A stretch of DNA of 64,000 nt from Deferribacterales bacterium (GCA_050253075.1 JBFWJS010000002.1:576001-640000), one strand, 5' to 3'; counted from the first letter of the stretch, positions 1-10,376 are shown. Numbers and translations: made by a program. Notes: generated by a model from the sequence alone, not told the origin.

Positions 1-1777
1 TGTCGATATTCTCGATGAAGATGTCGCTCTCTGTGGTGATGTCGAGGGCGTTGTTCTTCATGACAAGGCGTCCCATAATGGACTTCACGTCTGAATAGAA
101 TGAGAGAGCCTCGCTGTTGTGCGAGAATTCCAGCCCGTCGCAGGATATATTTCCCGATTCGCCCAGCAGAGCTGTCTTGTTATATCCGAAGACCGAGTCT
201 TTCAGTGCGATGTTTGAATTGTCAGTACTTTTCAGAGCTATGTCGAATGATTCGAATCGGCATCCGTCTATGCTGACATCCGAGTTCGAAACCTGAAATA
301 TCCCGCCGTTGCGGAAGAATACGTTTTCAAACTTCCCTCCGCCTGCGCCCGTGTCATGCAGGGTGATGTTGTATCCCTTCCCTTTGAAGGTGACGTTCTC
401 TTCCTTTGTGCCCACGGCGTTTATCCTGCCGAGGACAGTGAGGGATGCGCCGTCTTCAAACCTGACCACAGACCCTGCCTCTATGCTCAGCGTAACGCCT
501 TTCGGCACTGTCAGCTCGTCTCTTACTATGTACGGACTGCCATAGCTGTAAAAGACTGTGTCCACTTTCAGCTCTCCGCTGACATCTGTCGGCCCGGGTT
601 TCACAGACATGCGTGTCAGCTCAACAAGCTTGCTTTCATTGTCTGCAAGGTCACGTGTAAATATTTTATAAAACACCTTCTGTCCGTATGCGACATTGGT
701 GTCGATGTATTCGCTGATCTCCGTTACGGCGAGGTCTGTATATTCTGTCTCACCCTCTACGGCTTTTTTGATAACAAATTCTTTTATGTCTTCGTCGGCT
801 GGTTTATCCCAGCTCAGTCGTAGGCCGTTCTCTGACACACCGCTGCGGAAATTTGCAGGCTCGCCCGGGGGCGTGGTGTCCACTGTCAGGAGGTAAGGCA
901 CCTGATACTTAGATACCGTGCGCTTCTCTGAGTTTACGAGGAAAACCTCTACCAGAGCGGCTTTATAGTTTACCCCTTCGGGTATCACATACTTTCCGAG
1001 GTATTCTCCAGATTTCATCTCATTAAGGGTGACAGCATCTGTCTGCCCTACGATGCTGAAATATGCCTTCATCCCCTCGTCACCTTTCATAGAGACCAAT
1101 ATCTCCTCGTGCGCTTTGAACGGACTGTCCAATGTGTTTGTCACTACGGAGAATATCGTCGGCGGGCGCACAGTTGTCAGGTTGTCCGGCTCGGGGAGCT
1201 CGTTTGCGATGTTTCGGCAGAGCTTGTCAAACAGCTCTATCTTCACACTGTCTCTGAGAACAAGTGCAGACTGCACGGCTGTGGATATCGCAGACCACGG
1301 GGAAAGCGGAACACCGCCGCTCTTTCTGTCGACTTTATTCTCTTTTTTCCAGATTATCCTGCCCGTGGAGGCTTCTTCAAAGATTACCTCCAGCTTCACT
1401 GTGAGGCTTCCGTATACGCCTGCGTATATCTTTTCGATACCGACAACGTTAAGGAATACCAGACCGTCCACGCCTAGGTGATCTGCTATCTGCTTATGGG
1501 GGAGTTCGCTCCATTTCTGCCCTGTCTGCTGTTCCAGAAGGAAGAGCTTCGCATCCACATCCGCAAGCTCCATGTCACGATAGTTTTTCGAACCGATATG
1601 GTTAAAGAATGTCACTCGGAGTTCTTTCAGATCCTCAGGGCTTCCTTCGCCTTTGATGGGGAGGACTGCTATATTCTCCGGCAGTGCTGCCACGGCCTGA
1701 GATGTAAATATAAGGCAAAAAAAGGCCGCAAAAAATGCGGCCTTGAGAATGTTTTTATTAATATATTGAGAGTACAT
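1..1777 (-). CDS. Secreted multidomain protein, truncated by window edge: signal peptide, DUF799/GNA1162-like N-terminal domain, fibronectin type III domain, right-handed beta-helix region
   Basis: Absent from the ORF track (no stop in window). Hand translation from ATG at 1777: MYSQYINKNILKAAFFAAFFCLIFTSQAVAALPENIAVLPIKG...LGVDGLVFLNV...GGVPLSPW...VDTTPPGEP...LSWDKPADEDI...YKIFTRDLADNES...SPYIVRDELTVPKGVTLSIEAGSVVRF; frame consistent down to base 2. Confidence 0.8.
   Translation of the reverse strand, partial: MYSQYINKNILKAAFFAAFFCLIFTSQAVAALPENIAVLPIKGEGSPEDLKELRVTFFNHIGSKNYRDMELADVDAKLFLLEQQTGQKWSELPHKQIADHLGVDGLVFLNVVGIEKIYAGVYGSLTVKLEVIFEEASTGRIIWKKENKVDRKSGGVPLSPWSAISTAVQSALVLRDSVKIELFDKLCRNIANELPEPDNLTTVRPPTIFSVVTNTLDSPFKAHEEILVSMKGDEGMKAYFSIVGQTDAVTLNEMKSGEYLGKYVIPEGVNYKAALVEVFLVNSEKRTVSKYQVPYLLTVDTTPPGEPANFRSGVSENGLRLSWDKPADEDIKEFVIKKAVEGETEYTDLAVTEISEYIDTNVAYGQKVFYKIFTRDLADNESKLVELTRMSVKPGPTDVSGELKVDTVFYSYGSPYIVRDELTVPKGVTLSIEAGSVVRFEDGASLTVLGRINAVGTKEENVTFKGKGYNITLHDTGAGGGKFENVFFRNGGIFQVSNSDVSIDGCRFESFDIALKSTDNSNIALKDSVFGYNKTALLGESGNISCDGLEFSHNSEALSFYSDVKSIMGRLVMKNNALDITTESDIFIENID
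1717..1744 (-). terminator. Intrinsic terminator-like hairpin inside the signal-peptide coding sequence of the downstream gene
   Basis: Minus strand AAGGCCGCA-TTTTT-TGCGGCCTT followed by TTTTT, about 14 nt after the stop of 1758..3797. Confidence 0.6.
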
Positions 1778-3797
1778 CAAGATATTTACCTGCTTTGTCT
1801 TTTAATTCGGTAACATCTTTACCCTTTTTATCTTTAAGGAGTATGGCGTTGACGTACATCTCCACGGCTTCTTTCAGGTTGTTCGAAGACTCCAGCCTCT
1901 CAGCCTCGCCGAGATACTTTTCGTCCTGATCTTTAAAGAGCTCTTTCACCTGTGACGATATCTTGTCTATCGTCTCGGTGCGCACGTCGTTGCTGAGCTC
2001 GATATCTGTCGGCAGGTTTGCTGCCTTCATATCTACCTTATAAGAGCCGAGGTCGATACCGCTGGTGGCTTCGTCCCTTGCTTCTTTCTGGGCACGCACA
2101 GTGTTGCTGTAGGTTATGCGCCCCTGTGATGTCTCCACCACACGATAGCTGATGGAAAGGTAGCTGACCTTTTCGTGGAATGCTGTGTCATACTCTGCAT
2201 AGTCATAAACAGGCTGCATGATGTATTTCGGAGGTTCGGGCACTTCCACTGGGCGGTTCTTAGCTTTCAGCTCTTCTGCGTCCTTGTTCCAGTCTTCCCA
2301 CTCTATGTTTCTTATTTTATTTTCGCTTACTTTCACACGCACTTTCTTCTTGCTGTTCTGGATGTTTGTCTCTGTTCTGGAGTCGAGCACCTCACCCATG
2401 AGTAGATAGTCCGCACTCTTTATCTTAAATGAATCTGTGCCCGTGGACTGCTCGTTCACACTGCCCGCAACGGCAAGCTCGTATTCACGAAGCAGTATTT
2501 CAAGAGCACCTCTTTCGATTATCTTTACGTCTTTGTCCAGCGCCTTCTGCAGTATCTGCATGATGTTAGATGTGACCTGCAGTCCGAGCTCAGGTTCACT
2601 CACAGGGCTTTTGAAAGGTATCACGGCGATGCTCTTCAGCGATCTGGCGAGTATCTTATCCTCTGTGCTCTGTTTGATCTCTCTCAGACCGAGATACGAA
2701 GGTGAAAGATCATAAAGCATTGTAAAGTAAAGATATGCCTGTCCAAATGAGCCTTCGTCATGCGCTTTTTGACCGAGGTAGAAGAGGTTGTCATAATAGC
2801 CTTCGAGGTCTTCCTTCGGTATGGATACCATAGTGCGCATTTCGAGAGGTATGTCCTTCATAGTGCTGAAAGCATAGATGAAGTTGTCATACGCCTGCTT
2901 GTTCAGATCCTGAGACGCATGGTCGACTCCCTGCATAAAGCTGACCTCGATGATCTGCACTCTGGTGTTGTCTATCGCTCTCTGTGCCTGCTGTCTAACA
3001 TCAGGGAAAGCGAGAGCCTTTTTATAATATGTAAGAGCACGCGGCAGGTCGCCCGCCTCGGAGGCCTCGTCACCCTTTGTCATGTAATACTCGGCAGTGT
3101 CATTCTTCTCTGCGAGGGCTATGTACTGCTTAAGCTGAGCATTCTCAGGGTCTATCTTCATCATCTTTGCGAGGAGTTCTTTTGCTTCTTTCAGGTTGTC
3201 TTCTGCCAGCATCTTTTCAGCCTCTGGCATATTCACGCTGATGGCCTTTGCACCGTACTCGTCAGCCATCGGGCCGAATACCGCAGGGTCGAGGGCTTTC
3301 GCTCCTGCCGCCGCTTCATAGGCAGAGAAGTAATCGCCGTTCTCGGCACTCTGCGCCGCTACAACCTTTGCAGACTCTATAGCCTCTGTGGTCTTTTTCT
3401 GCTGTTCGGTGAAAAGTGTTTTATATTTAGATACTTCAGGGTTTCCGTCGGAATAGAGAGCGGCTTTGTTCAGCCTTTCTTCCGATGCGGCGAGGTCAGA
3501 CACGCTTACAACAGGCTGTCCCAGCTTTGCCCTGACGAATGTCATGTTTTCGTTATAGATCTCGTCTTCCAGAGCTTCTTCTTCGGCACAGAATCTTTTA
3601 TCCTGTGGAAACTTTGAACAAAGTTCTTTGACATTTTTATACGCAGCCTCTTTGTTTCCCTGCTGCGCCATCATCATGCTCTGGCGGAAAAGTGCTTCGT
3701 CCTGTTCTGAGACACAGGCTGTCAGCGATATAACGGTAAATACGGCAATAAGGCAGTATTTAACCGGTCCAGAGATATAGCTATTCCTCTTACTCAT
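1758..3797 (-). CDS. Lipoprotein with TPR-like helical repeats and a C-terminal CsgG/HfaB-like domain
   Basis: Lipobox LTAC; TPR-like segments (GDLPRALTYYKKAL, GSFGQAYLYF); CsgG-like SIAVIPF...IIERGALEILLREYEL...ADYLLMGEV. Confidence 0.7.
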   Translation of the reverse strand: MSKRNSYISGPVKYCLIAVFTVISLTACVSEQDEALFRQSMMMAQQGNKEAAYKNVKELCSKFPQDKRFCAEEEALEDEIYNENMTFVRAKLGQPVVSVSDLAASEERLNKAALYSDGNPEVSKYKTLFTEQQKKTTEAIESAKVVAAQSAENGDYFSAYEAAAGAKALDPAVFGPMADEYGAKAISVNMPEAEKMLAEDNLKEAKELLAKMMKIDPENAQLKQYIALAEKNDTAEYYMTKGDEASEAGDLPRALTYYKKALAFPDVRQQAQRAIDNTRVQIIEVSFMQGVDHASQDLNKQAYDNFIYAFSTMKDIPLEMRTMVSIPKEDLEGYYDNLFYLGQKAHDEGSFGQAYLYFTMLYDLSPSYLGLREIKQSTEDKILARSLKSIAVIPFKSPVSEPELGLQVTSNIMQILQKALDKDVKIIERGALEILLREYELAVAGSVNEQSTGTDSFKIKSADYLLMGEVLDSRTETNIQNSKKKVRVKVSENKIRNIEWEDWNKDAEELKAKNRPVEVPEPPKYIMQPVYDYAEYDTAFHEKVSYLSISYRVVETSQGRITYSNTVRAQKEARDEATSGIDLGSYKVDMKAANLPTDIELSNDVRTETIDKISSQVKELFKDQDEKYLGEAERLESSNNLKEAVEMYVNAILLKDKKGKDVTELKDKAGKYLDVLSIY

Positions 3798-3900
3798 TGG
3801 AGCCCCCGTAGATATATGTGGATTAGTAATACTACATTAATAGTAAAGTATTTCAAAGTGAAAATGGTCTTATTCTGGATACATATGCGAAAATCTGCAT

Positions 3901-3931
3901 AAAAAAAGCCCGCCTTGTAAAAAGCGGGCTT
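3901..3931 (-). terminator. Intrinsic terminator of the M23 gene
   Basis: AAGCCCGC/GCGGGCTT stem with T7 tail on the minus strand. Confidence 0.8.
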
Positions 3932-3952
3932 GGTTATTTGCTTGATGTCGGT

Positions 3953-4870
3953 TTAGTTTGTGCCGACGATGAATTTAAGCGGATTGACCGGTATGCCGTT
4001 CACGAGAACTTCATAGTGAACGTGAGGTCCTGTGCTTCGTCCTGTGCTTCCCACTTCGGAGATCACGTCGCCCTTCTCAACCTTGTCTCCTGCGTTCACG
4101 AGGAGCTTGTTGTTGTGGCCGTATTTTGTGATGTATCCGTATCCGTGGTCTATGATAACTGTTTTACCGTAGCCTGCCTTTCTGCCGGAAAAGACGACAA
4201 CGCCTTTTGCTGTGGCTTTTACAGGTACGTTATACTTTGTTGCTATGTCGAGACCTTCGTGGAAAACTCTTCTGCCGGTGAAAGGAGAGATTCTGTATCC
4301 GAATCCGCTGGATATCCAGCCCTTAACAGGCCAGATTGTCGGAGTGGAGCTGAGCATGAGCTTTTGCTCCTCGAGGAAGTCGGCAAGCTCTGAAAGGCTC
4401 ACGGCTCTCTTCTCTATCTCCATACCCAGATTTGTCAGGGTATTATTAAGCTCTTCGAAATATCTCTTATCTTTACGCTCGGAAACCTTTGAAAGATCCT
4501 GAAGGACATCGACCTCTTTACCGCCCACAGCGAGCTGACGAGCTTCTTTGCTCTTATCGCCGTATGCAGCGAGGCTTCTCACTTTGTTCTCAAGCTCCAT
4601 CACACCTGCGATCTTTTCGTTAAGTGTGATCATCTGAGACTCGTATCCTGCGATCTTGTCCTTAAGCTGAAGGTTTTCTTCTTTATATTGGGAAAGAACT
4701 GTACGCTCTTTATAAAGGTTTGTCAGATAGTAAAAACCGGCACCTGATATAAAAACATAGAGTGCCAGCGACATTAAAGCGAATCTGATTACTCTGCTGC
4801 TGATCTTACGCGTCTTCACCTCTTCGAGGCGGGACTCGTCAAAAACCATCACAGTATATTTCTTCTTCAT
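3953..4870 (-). CDS. M23 family metallopeptidase (membrane anchor plus coiled coil)
   Basis: HEGLD, YGH, GRSTGPHVHYEV motifs. Confidence 0.93.
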   Translation of the reverse strand: MKKKYTVMVFDESRLEEVKTRKISSRVIRFALMSLALYVFISGAGFYYLTNLYKERTVLSQYKEENLQLKDKIAGYESQMITLNEKIAGVMELENKVRSLAAYGDKSKEARQLAVGGKEVDVLQDLSKVSERKDKRYFEELNNTLTNLGMEIEKRAVSLSELADFLEEQKLMLSSTPTIWPVKGWISSGFGYRISPFTGRRVFHEGLDIATKYNVPVKATAKGVVVFSGRKAGYGKTVIIDHGYGYITKYGHNNKLLVNAGDKVEKGDVISEVGSTGRSTGPHVHYEVLVNGIPVNPLKFIVGTN

Positions 4871-4908
4871 ACAACCTCCGACGTGCTGTCTACAAGGAAA
4901 TTTGCAGT

Positions 4909-4937
4909 AGTCTACCTGAAAACCGCTGTCTTTTCAA
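4909..4937 (-). promoter_or_regulatory. Putative sigma70 promoter of the M23 gene
   Basis: TTGAAA-N17-TAGACT on the minus strand. Confidence 0.5.
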
Positions 4938-4953
4938 GGGATTAATGTCATTT

Positions 4954-6663
4954 CTATGACAGTTCACCGAGTTTTTGCACAACAGCATCAGCTCCGGCAG
5001 CCACTTCCACTTCGAACGACTCGCCTGTGGAGCGTACCGCAATCTCGATTTTCCCTTCTGTGAGAGTCTTTTTACCAACGACCACACGCAGAGGGATACC
5101 AGTAAGCTCAGCATCGTTAAACTTAACGCCGGGTCTCTCGTCCCTGTCGTCAAGCAGGACTTCTATGCCTCTCTCAGTAAGGTCCTTATATATATTTTCG
5201 GCTGTTTCCACGACATCTTTATCTTTCATCGCAAGAGGAAGCACGCTAACCTTGAAAGGAGCCAGCTTCACAGGCCATACGATACCCTTTTCGTCATGGT
5301 TCTGCTCTATCGCAGCGGCGACAACTCTCGTCACGCCGATGCCGTAACATCCCATCACAAAAGGATTTCTCTTTCCGTCTTTATCGAGGAACATAGCATT
5401 CATGGCTGAAGAGTACTTTGTACCCAGCTTGAATATATGCCCCACTTCGATACCTTTGGTTATTTCATATTTTCCGCTTCCGCATGCACAGCATGTGTCG
5501 CCGATCTCTGCATTTCTGAAATCGTCCACGGCTTCGAACTGAAAATCTCTACCGTGATTCACGTTTATCTTATGCATTTCTTTGACGTTTGCACCCACGC
5601 AGTAGTTGCCCATCGCCTCTACGGCATAGTCGCCGTAAACAGGGAGTGTGAGCCCCACAGGACCGCTGAATCCGAGCGGACCGCCTGTCTTTTCGAATAT
5701 CTCCTGCGGAGTAGCGAGGTCTACGACTGATGCGTTGAAGAAGTTCTTAACCTTTGCGAGGTTAAGCTCGTGGTCGCCTCTGACGCACACAGCTATGAAT
5801 TTATCGTCTACGTTCAGTATCATGGTTTTCACAACTTCGGCATTCTTGATACCGAGCTGTTCAGCTACTTCGGCCACAGTCTTCGCCTTTGGAGTGCTGA
5901 TGTCCTCTGCTGCTTTCATCTCTCCGCTGAACGGCACGCTGTCCTTTTTAACAGGTGCTTTTTCAACGTTTGCAGAGTATTCACAGCTGTCGCAGCTGAT
6001 AACAAAATCCTCGCCTGTATCGGCGAGAACCATAAACTCGTGAGAGAACGAACCGCCGATAGCACCGGAATCCGCCTCCACGACCTTATATCTCAGACCG
6101 CACATTTCGAATATGCGGCGGTATGCTTCATACATTTTTCTATAGCTTTCGTTTGCTGCCTCATCGTTCACGTCAAATGAGTAAGCATCCTTCATCACAA
6201 ATTCGCGTCCACGCATAAGTCCGAATCTGGGACGAACCTCATCACGGAATTTTGTCTGTATCTGATAAAGGTTTATAGGGAGCGCTTTATAAGATGTGAT
6301 GTAGCTGCGCACGATGTCTGTTATGACCTCTTCGTGTGTGGGGCCGTAGCAGAAGTCTCTGTTGTGTCTGTCTTTTATACGGAGGAGCTCCTTACCGTAG
6401 AAGTCCCATCTGCCGGATTCCTGCCAGAGTTCCGCCGGCTGTACAGACGGCATTATCATCTCTATTGCGCCTGCTTCGTTCATGCACTTGCGTACGATAT
6501 CCTCTACTTTTTTAATAACCACAACGCCCAGCGGGAGGTAGTTATATATCCCTGAAGCGAGTTTTTTGATCATCCCCGCCCTTGCCATCAGCTTATGGCT
6601 GACAACTTCGGCGTCAGATGGCACTTCCCTCAAAGTAGGGATAAAGTACTGACTGTATCTCAT
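4954..6663 (-). CDS. proS: Proline--tRNA ligase (with editing insertion)
   Basis: GPTHEE, QTKFRDEVRPRFGLMRGREFVMKDAYSF, GIEVGHIFKLG, MGCYGIG. Confidence 0.98.
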   Translation of the reverse strand: MRYSQYFIPTLREVPSDAEVVSHKLMARAGMIKKLASGIYNYLPLGVVVIKKVEDIVRKCMNEAGAIEMIMPSVQPAELWQESGRWDFYGKELLRIKDRHNRDFCYGPTHEEVITDIVRSYITSYKALPINLYQIQTKFRDEVRPRFGLMRGREFVMKDAYSFDVNDEAANESYRKMYEAYRRIFEMCGLRYKVVEADSGAIGGSFSHEFMVLADTGEDFVISCDSCEYSANVEKAPVKKDSVPFSGEMKAAEDISTPKAKTVAEVAEQLGIKNAEVVKTMILNVDDKFIAVCVRGDHELNLAKVKNFFNASVVDLATPQEIFEKTGGPLGFSGPVGLTLPVYGDYAVEAMGNYCVGANVKEMHKINVNHGRDFQFEAVDDFRNAEIGDTCCACGSGKYEITKGIEVGHIFKLGTKYSSAMNAMFLDKDGKRNPFVMGCYGIGVTRVVAAAIEQNHDEKGIVWPVKLAPFKVSVLPLAMKDKDVVETAENIYKDLTERGIEVLLDDRDERPGVKFNDAELTGIPLRVVVGKKTLTEGKIEIAVRSTGESFEVEVAAGADAVVQKLGELS

Positions 6664-6771
6664 TTATAAATCTCCTTATATGTGTGCATTTCTTATTGTC
6701 CCAAAAAAATTTCATACGCTCGCGCCTGAGTGAATCAGGCTTCGCTACGCACGGCGGCTTCCATTTGCGGT

Positions 6772-8571
6772 TTATTCCGCCGAATCCGTCTTTTTATCGT
6801 TAATGGAAAGTCCGTTTCTGAACCAGACGTCCTGCTGTGGAAACAGGATTTCTATACCATGTTCTTTAAATTTATGCCAGAGGGACGTTAAGAAAATATT
6901 CTTAACCGCTGTTATCTGGAAGCCTTCGGACATGTTCAGCCAGAAGAGCACCATGAAATCCAGCGAGCTTTCGCCGTATCCCATGAACCAGACATCGTTC
7001 CCCTTATATTTCACCACATGCTCAGAGTCTTCTATCGCCTCACGCATCAGCTTCTGCGCCAGATCTATGTCGGAACTGTATGCAATGCCCACAGGCACAC
7101 GCACACGTATGTACTTATCACTTCGGGTATAATTGATTATAGTGTCTGATATGAATACAGAGTTCGGCACCATTATCTCGATATTGTCGTATGTCTGCAC
7201 AGTAGTGGCGAACATGTCGATTGATGCCACCCTGCCGAAGACAGTGTTGGACTGAACCCCCACAACGCTCCCCGCAGAACCCGGAAGCTCTACAAAGTCG
7301 CCTATGCGTATCTTTTTAGAAAAAAGGAGTATGAATCCGCAGATGTAGTTGTTTATAACCGTCTGCAGACCAAAACCTATACCTATGCCGAGAGCACCGG
7401 CAACAGGCACGACTATCTGCCATGTTATCCCAACCTGCAGCATCGTAAGCATAACGACAAACAGCAGACCTATATTATAGACTATGATCTCAAGGGAATC
7501 AGTATCGTCTGCGAGGGATTTATCCTCGAAAAGCACCCGCAGATACTTTGTGAAAAGGAAGAGCAGGCTCTTCAGAAATATGAATATGAAAACCGCAGAT
7601 ATAAGCGACAGTACCGAAAGGGAGAACAGCTTAGTCTCGAAAAGATACATCAGCTTCAGCCTTTCCAGAACATCGCTCATGTGCAGCGCATTATAAACAA
7701 GTATATAATAGATATAGACAAATATCACAAAGACGAATCTGGATGTATTCTTGCGTATCTGTATCCACTCCAGCTCTGTGTATATATCCTTCGTAAACAG
7801 CTTGTCCAGACTCCCCCTTATCTTATGCAGTGTATAGGAAAGTGCCGCTATCATCATGCCCATCAGGGCAACAGCCATCACCGCACGGAAATCCAGAGCG
7901 ATAATGTTGAATATCCACATGAATGCTATAAATATGTAGGCGACCATCAGCAGTCTTGCCAATGTGGAAAACATGACAAAGCGGGGGTATGTCTCCATCA
8001 GTATCTTAACCGACTGAGGCAGGACAGCCTTCATATATATAAATATACCCAGTGACATCAGCACCTTGGAAAGTGTACTGGCAAGGTCAAAGACACTCTT
8101 CATCTCCTTCATAAAACTGCCCGAATATATCACTGCTATGTCGGTATAGACAGACAGAGTCAGGGCAAGGGCTATGAATATAAGCGCAGGCAGATATACC
8201 AGCTTTATCTTCACTCCGAAATATTTCGAAGGGACACGCATAAGAACGGAAGCAAGCCAGAAGAAACCAAGATAATTCAATATTATATAAAGCGGATTCC
8301 TCGGATCTGCCTGTACGGCGTAATAAGTGAATAATATGAATATAAAGGGTGAAAGGATATAGACCAGTATGTCTACCCTTTGGCTTACATTTTTTCGTGA
8401 AACTACGAATTTGTAAATATTGATAAGCAGATAGCCTATGACAGCCATACTGACGGTGAATGCGAATGTTACAGGTTCGTTCTCTACGCTGGTGACCAGC
8501 TCCTTCAGAACAAAAACAGAAACTTTGATGATATTATCGAAAAGCAGATAAATACTCTGACTGATATCCAT
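6772..8571 (-). CDS. MscS-family mechanosensitive channel with extended N-terminal TM region
   Basis: GALGIGIGFGLQ, IRIGDFVE, IMVPNS, VGIAYSSD; many TM segments. Confidence 0.9.
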   Translation of the reverse strand: MDISQSIYLLFDNIIKVSVFVLKELVTSVENEPVTFAFTVSMAVIGYLLINIYKFVVSRKNVSQRVDILVYILSPFIFILFTYYAVQADPRNPLYIILNYLGFFWLASVLMRVPSKYFGVKIKLVYLPALIFIALALTLSVYTDIAVIYSGSFMKEMKSVFDLASTLSKVLMSLGIFIYMKAVLPQSVKILMETYPRFVMFSTLARLLMVAYIFIAFMWIFNIIALDFRAVMAVALMGMMIAALSYTLHKIRGSLDKLFTKDIYTELEWIQIRKNTSRFVFVIFVYIYYILVYNALHMSDVLERLKLMYLFETKLFSLSVLSLISAVFIFIFLKSLLFLFTKYLRVLFEDKSLADDTDSLEIIVYNIGLLFVVMLTMLQVGITWQIVVPVAGALGIGIGFGLQTVINNYICGFILLFSKKIRIGDFVELPGSAGSVVGVQSNTVFGRVASIDMFATTVQTYDNIEIMVPNSVFISDTIINYTRSDKYIRVRVPVGIAYSSDIDLAQKLMREAIEDSEHVVKYKGNDVWFMGYGESSLDFMVLFWLNMSEGFQITAVKNIFLTSLWHKFKEHGIEILFPQQDVWFRNGLSINDKKTDSAE

Positions 8572-8693
8572 CCTCTACCGCCTGTAATATTTTGATAATA
8601 CTACACCAAACTAACTTTATTATCAAATGCTGAATAATTTTCGACTTCCAAGATAAATGTTTTTACTATACCATTTTAATTATTAACTAAGGG

Positions 8694-10376
8694 GTGAATC
8701 ATCTTATGGCAAAAAAGACTGTCGGTCAGCTGCTGAAAGAAGAGGGATACGTTACCGAAGAGCAGATACAAGTTGCTCTAGAAGTTAAGAAAATCAAAAA
8801 TATTCTGCTCGGTGAAATACTTATCGAGCTGTCATTTGTCTCGCCGAGGGAGATAGCCCTTGTGGTGGCGAAGCAGTCGGGGAAACCGTTCCTCGACATC
8901 AGCGAGCACCCGCCGAGCAAAGACGCTCTGAAGCTCTTCGACAGGCACATAGCCAAACAGCTTGAGATGATACCCATAGAGAACAAAGAAGACAGGCTCG
9001 TCGTAGCCCTTGCCGACCCTTTCAACATCAACACCATAGACATCCTGCAGCGTAAAGCGGGGAAAGAGGTCGCCGTCTACGTCTCAGACAAGGAATCCAT
9101 CCTTAAAAATATTGAGATCAACTATTTCCTTCTGGAAAAACCTATAGATGCCGAGATAAACAAGCTGGTCACAAAGGCGATGAATTCCGGCACAACGGGC
9201 GAACTGCCTCAGCTGCTGGAGCTGATATTAAACAGTGCCATCATATCCCGTGCGACTGATATTCACATATCCCCCGAGGATGTCGCAACGCACATCTTCT
9301 TCAGGATAGACGGCATACTGCGCCACTATTATGCTTTCCCCCAGCAGATGCACACTGCGCTCTCCTCACGCATTAAGATATTGTCAAGCCTCGACATTGC
9401 CGAACAGCGTCTCCCGCAGGACGGCGCCATGAGCCACACGTTCTTCGACGAGGATTTCGACATCAGGGTCTCCACCATACCCACCTACTACGGTGAGGGT
9501 ATAGTTCTGCGTATCCTTTCAAAGAACGTATCTCTCTTTAACCTTGAGAGCCTCGGCTTTGAACCCGACACCGAAGCAAGGCTGATGAAACAGCTTCAGA
9601 AACCACACGGTATACTCCTCGTTACCGGCCCGACCGGTTCGGGTAAAACTACGACACTGTATGCATCACTCAGAAAAATAAACTCTCTTCAGCGGAAGAT
9701 ACTCACCGCCGAAGACCCTATAGAATATAAATTCCCCTTTATAAAACAGACACAGCTTAACCTAAAGGCTGGCTACACATTTGCCCGTGCCATGCGTGCT
9801 TTCCTACGTCAGGACCCCGATGTTATCCTACTCGGTGAGATGCGTGATGAAGAAACAGCCGAAATGGCTCTGCGTGCCGCCATCACGGGGCACCTCGTGC
9901 TCTCAACACTGCACACCAATGACGCAGTGACAGCCATCCCGCGACTGATGGAGATGGAGATAAAGGATTATATGATAGCCTCAGGTGTGGGCGGGATACT
10001 GGCGCAGAGACTCATCAGAAAGACTTGCCTCTTCTGCCGTGAAGAGGTTTCCGAGCCTATCGCACCGCTCATCGAAAGGGGCATCCCCGAAGCAATGTTT
10101 GTCAAACACGGATACTCCCCCACAGGAGAGATAAAATACCAGAAAGGGAAAGGGTGCGAACACTGCCGAAACACAGGCTATTCAGGACGAGGCGTCATCA
10201 GCGAACTGCTAGACATCGATCAGGAGATAGGCGAGCTGATAGTAACGGGCGCCACACCTCTCACCATCTTTAACAAAGCCGTAGAGAAAGGTATGATACC
10301 TATCCTCGAATCAGGTTTGATAAAAGTGAAGAAAGGCATTACAACACCCGAAGAGATCCTTAGAGTGGCTATCTGA
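8694..10376 (+). CDS. GspE/PilB family secretion or pilus assembly ATPase (start may be ATG 8706)
   Basis: ATDIHI, DIAEQRLPQDG, Walker A GPTGSGKTTT, EDPIEY, LRQDPDVILLGEMRD, TGHLVLSTLHTN, CxxC...CxxC. Confidence 0.95.
   Translation: MNHLMAKKTVGQLLKEEGYVTEEQIQVALEVKKIKNILLGEILIELSFVSPREIALVVAKQSGKPFLDISEHPPSKDALKLFDRHIAKQLEMIPIENKEDRLVVALADPFNINTIDILQRKAGKEVAVYVSDKESILKNIEINYFLLEKPIDAEINKLVTKAMNSGTTGELPQLLELILNSAIISRATDIHISPEDVATHIFFRIDGILRHYYAFPQQMHTALSSRIKILSSLDIAEQRLPQDGAMSHTFFDEDFDIRVSTIPTYYGEGIVLRILSKNVSLFNLESLGFEPDTEARLMKQLQKPHGILLVTGPTGSGKTTTLYASLRKINSLQRKILTAEDPIEYKFPFIKQTQLNLKAGYTFARAMRAFLRQDPDVILLGEMRDEETAEMALRAAITGHLVLSTLHTNDAVTAIPRLMEMEIKDYMIASGVGGILAQRLIRKTCLFCREEVSEPIAPLIERGIPEAMFVKHGYSPTGEIKYQKGKGCEHCRNTGYSGRGVISELLDIDQEIGELIVTGATPLTIFNKAVEKGMIPILESGLIKVKKGITTPEEILRVAI

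Noticed and set aside
309..1813. Several + strand ORFs (66-155 aa) in the track
   Set aside because: Antisense shadows of the real minus-strand gene starting at 1777
6700..6771. Short hairpin GCCTGA...TCAGGC before proS as a T-box or riboswitch
   Set aside because: Region too short and lacks the T-box consensus; may be a decayed repeat
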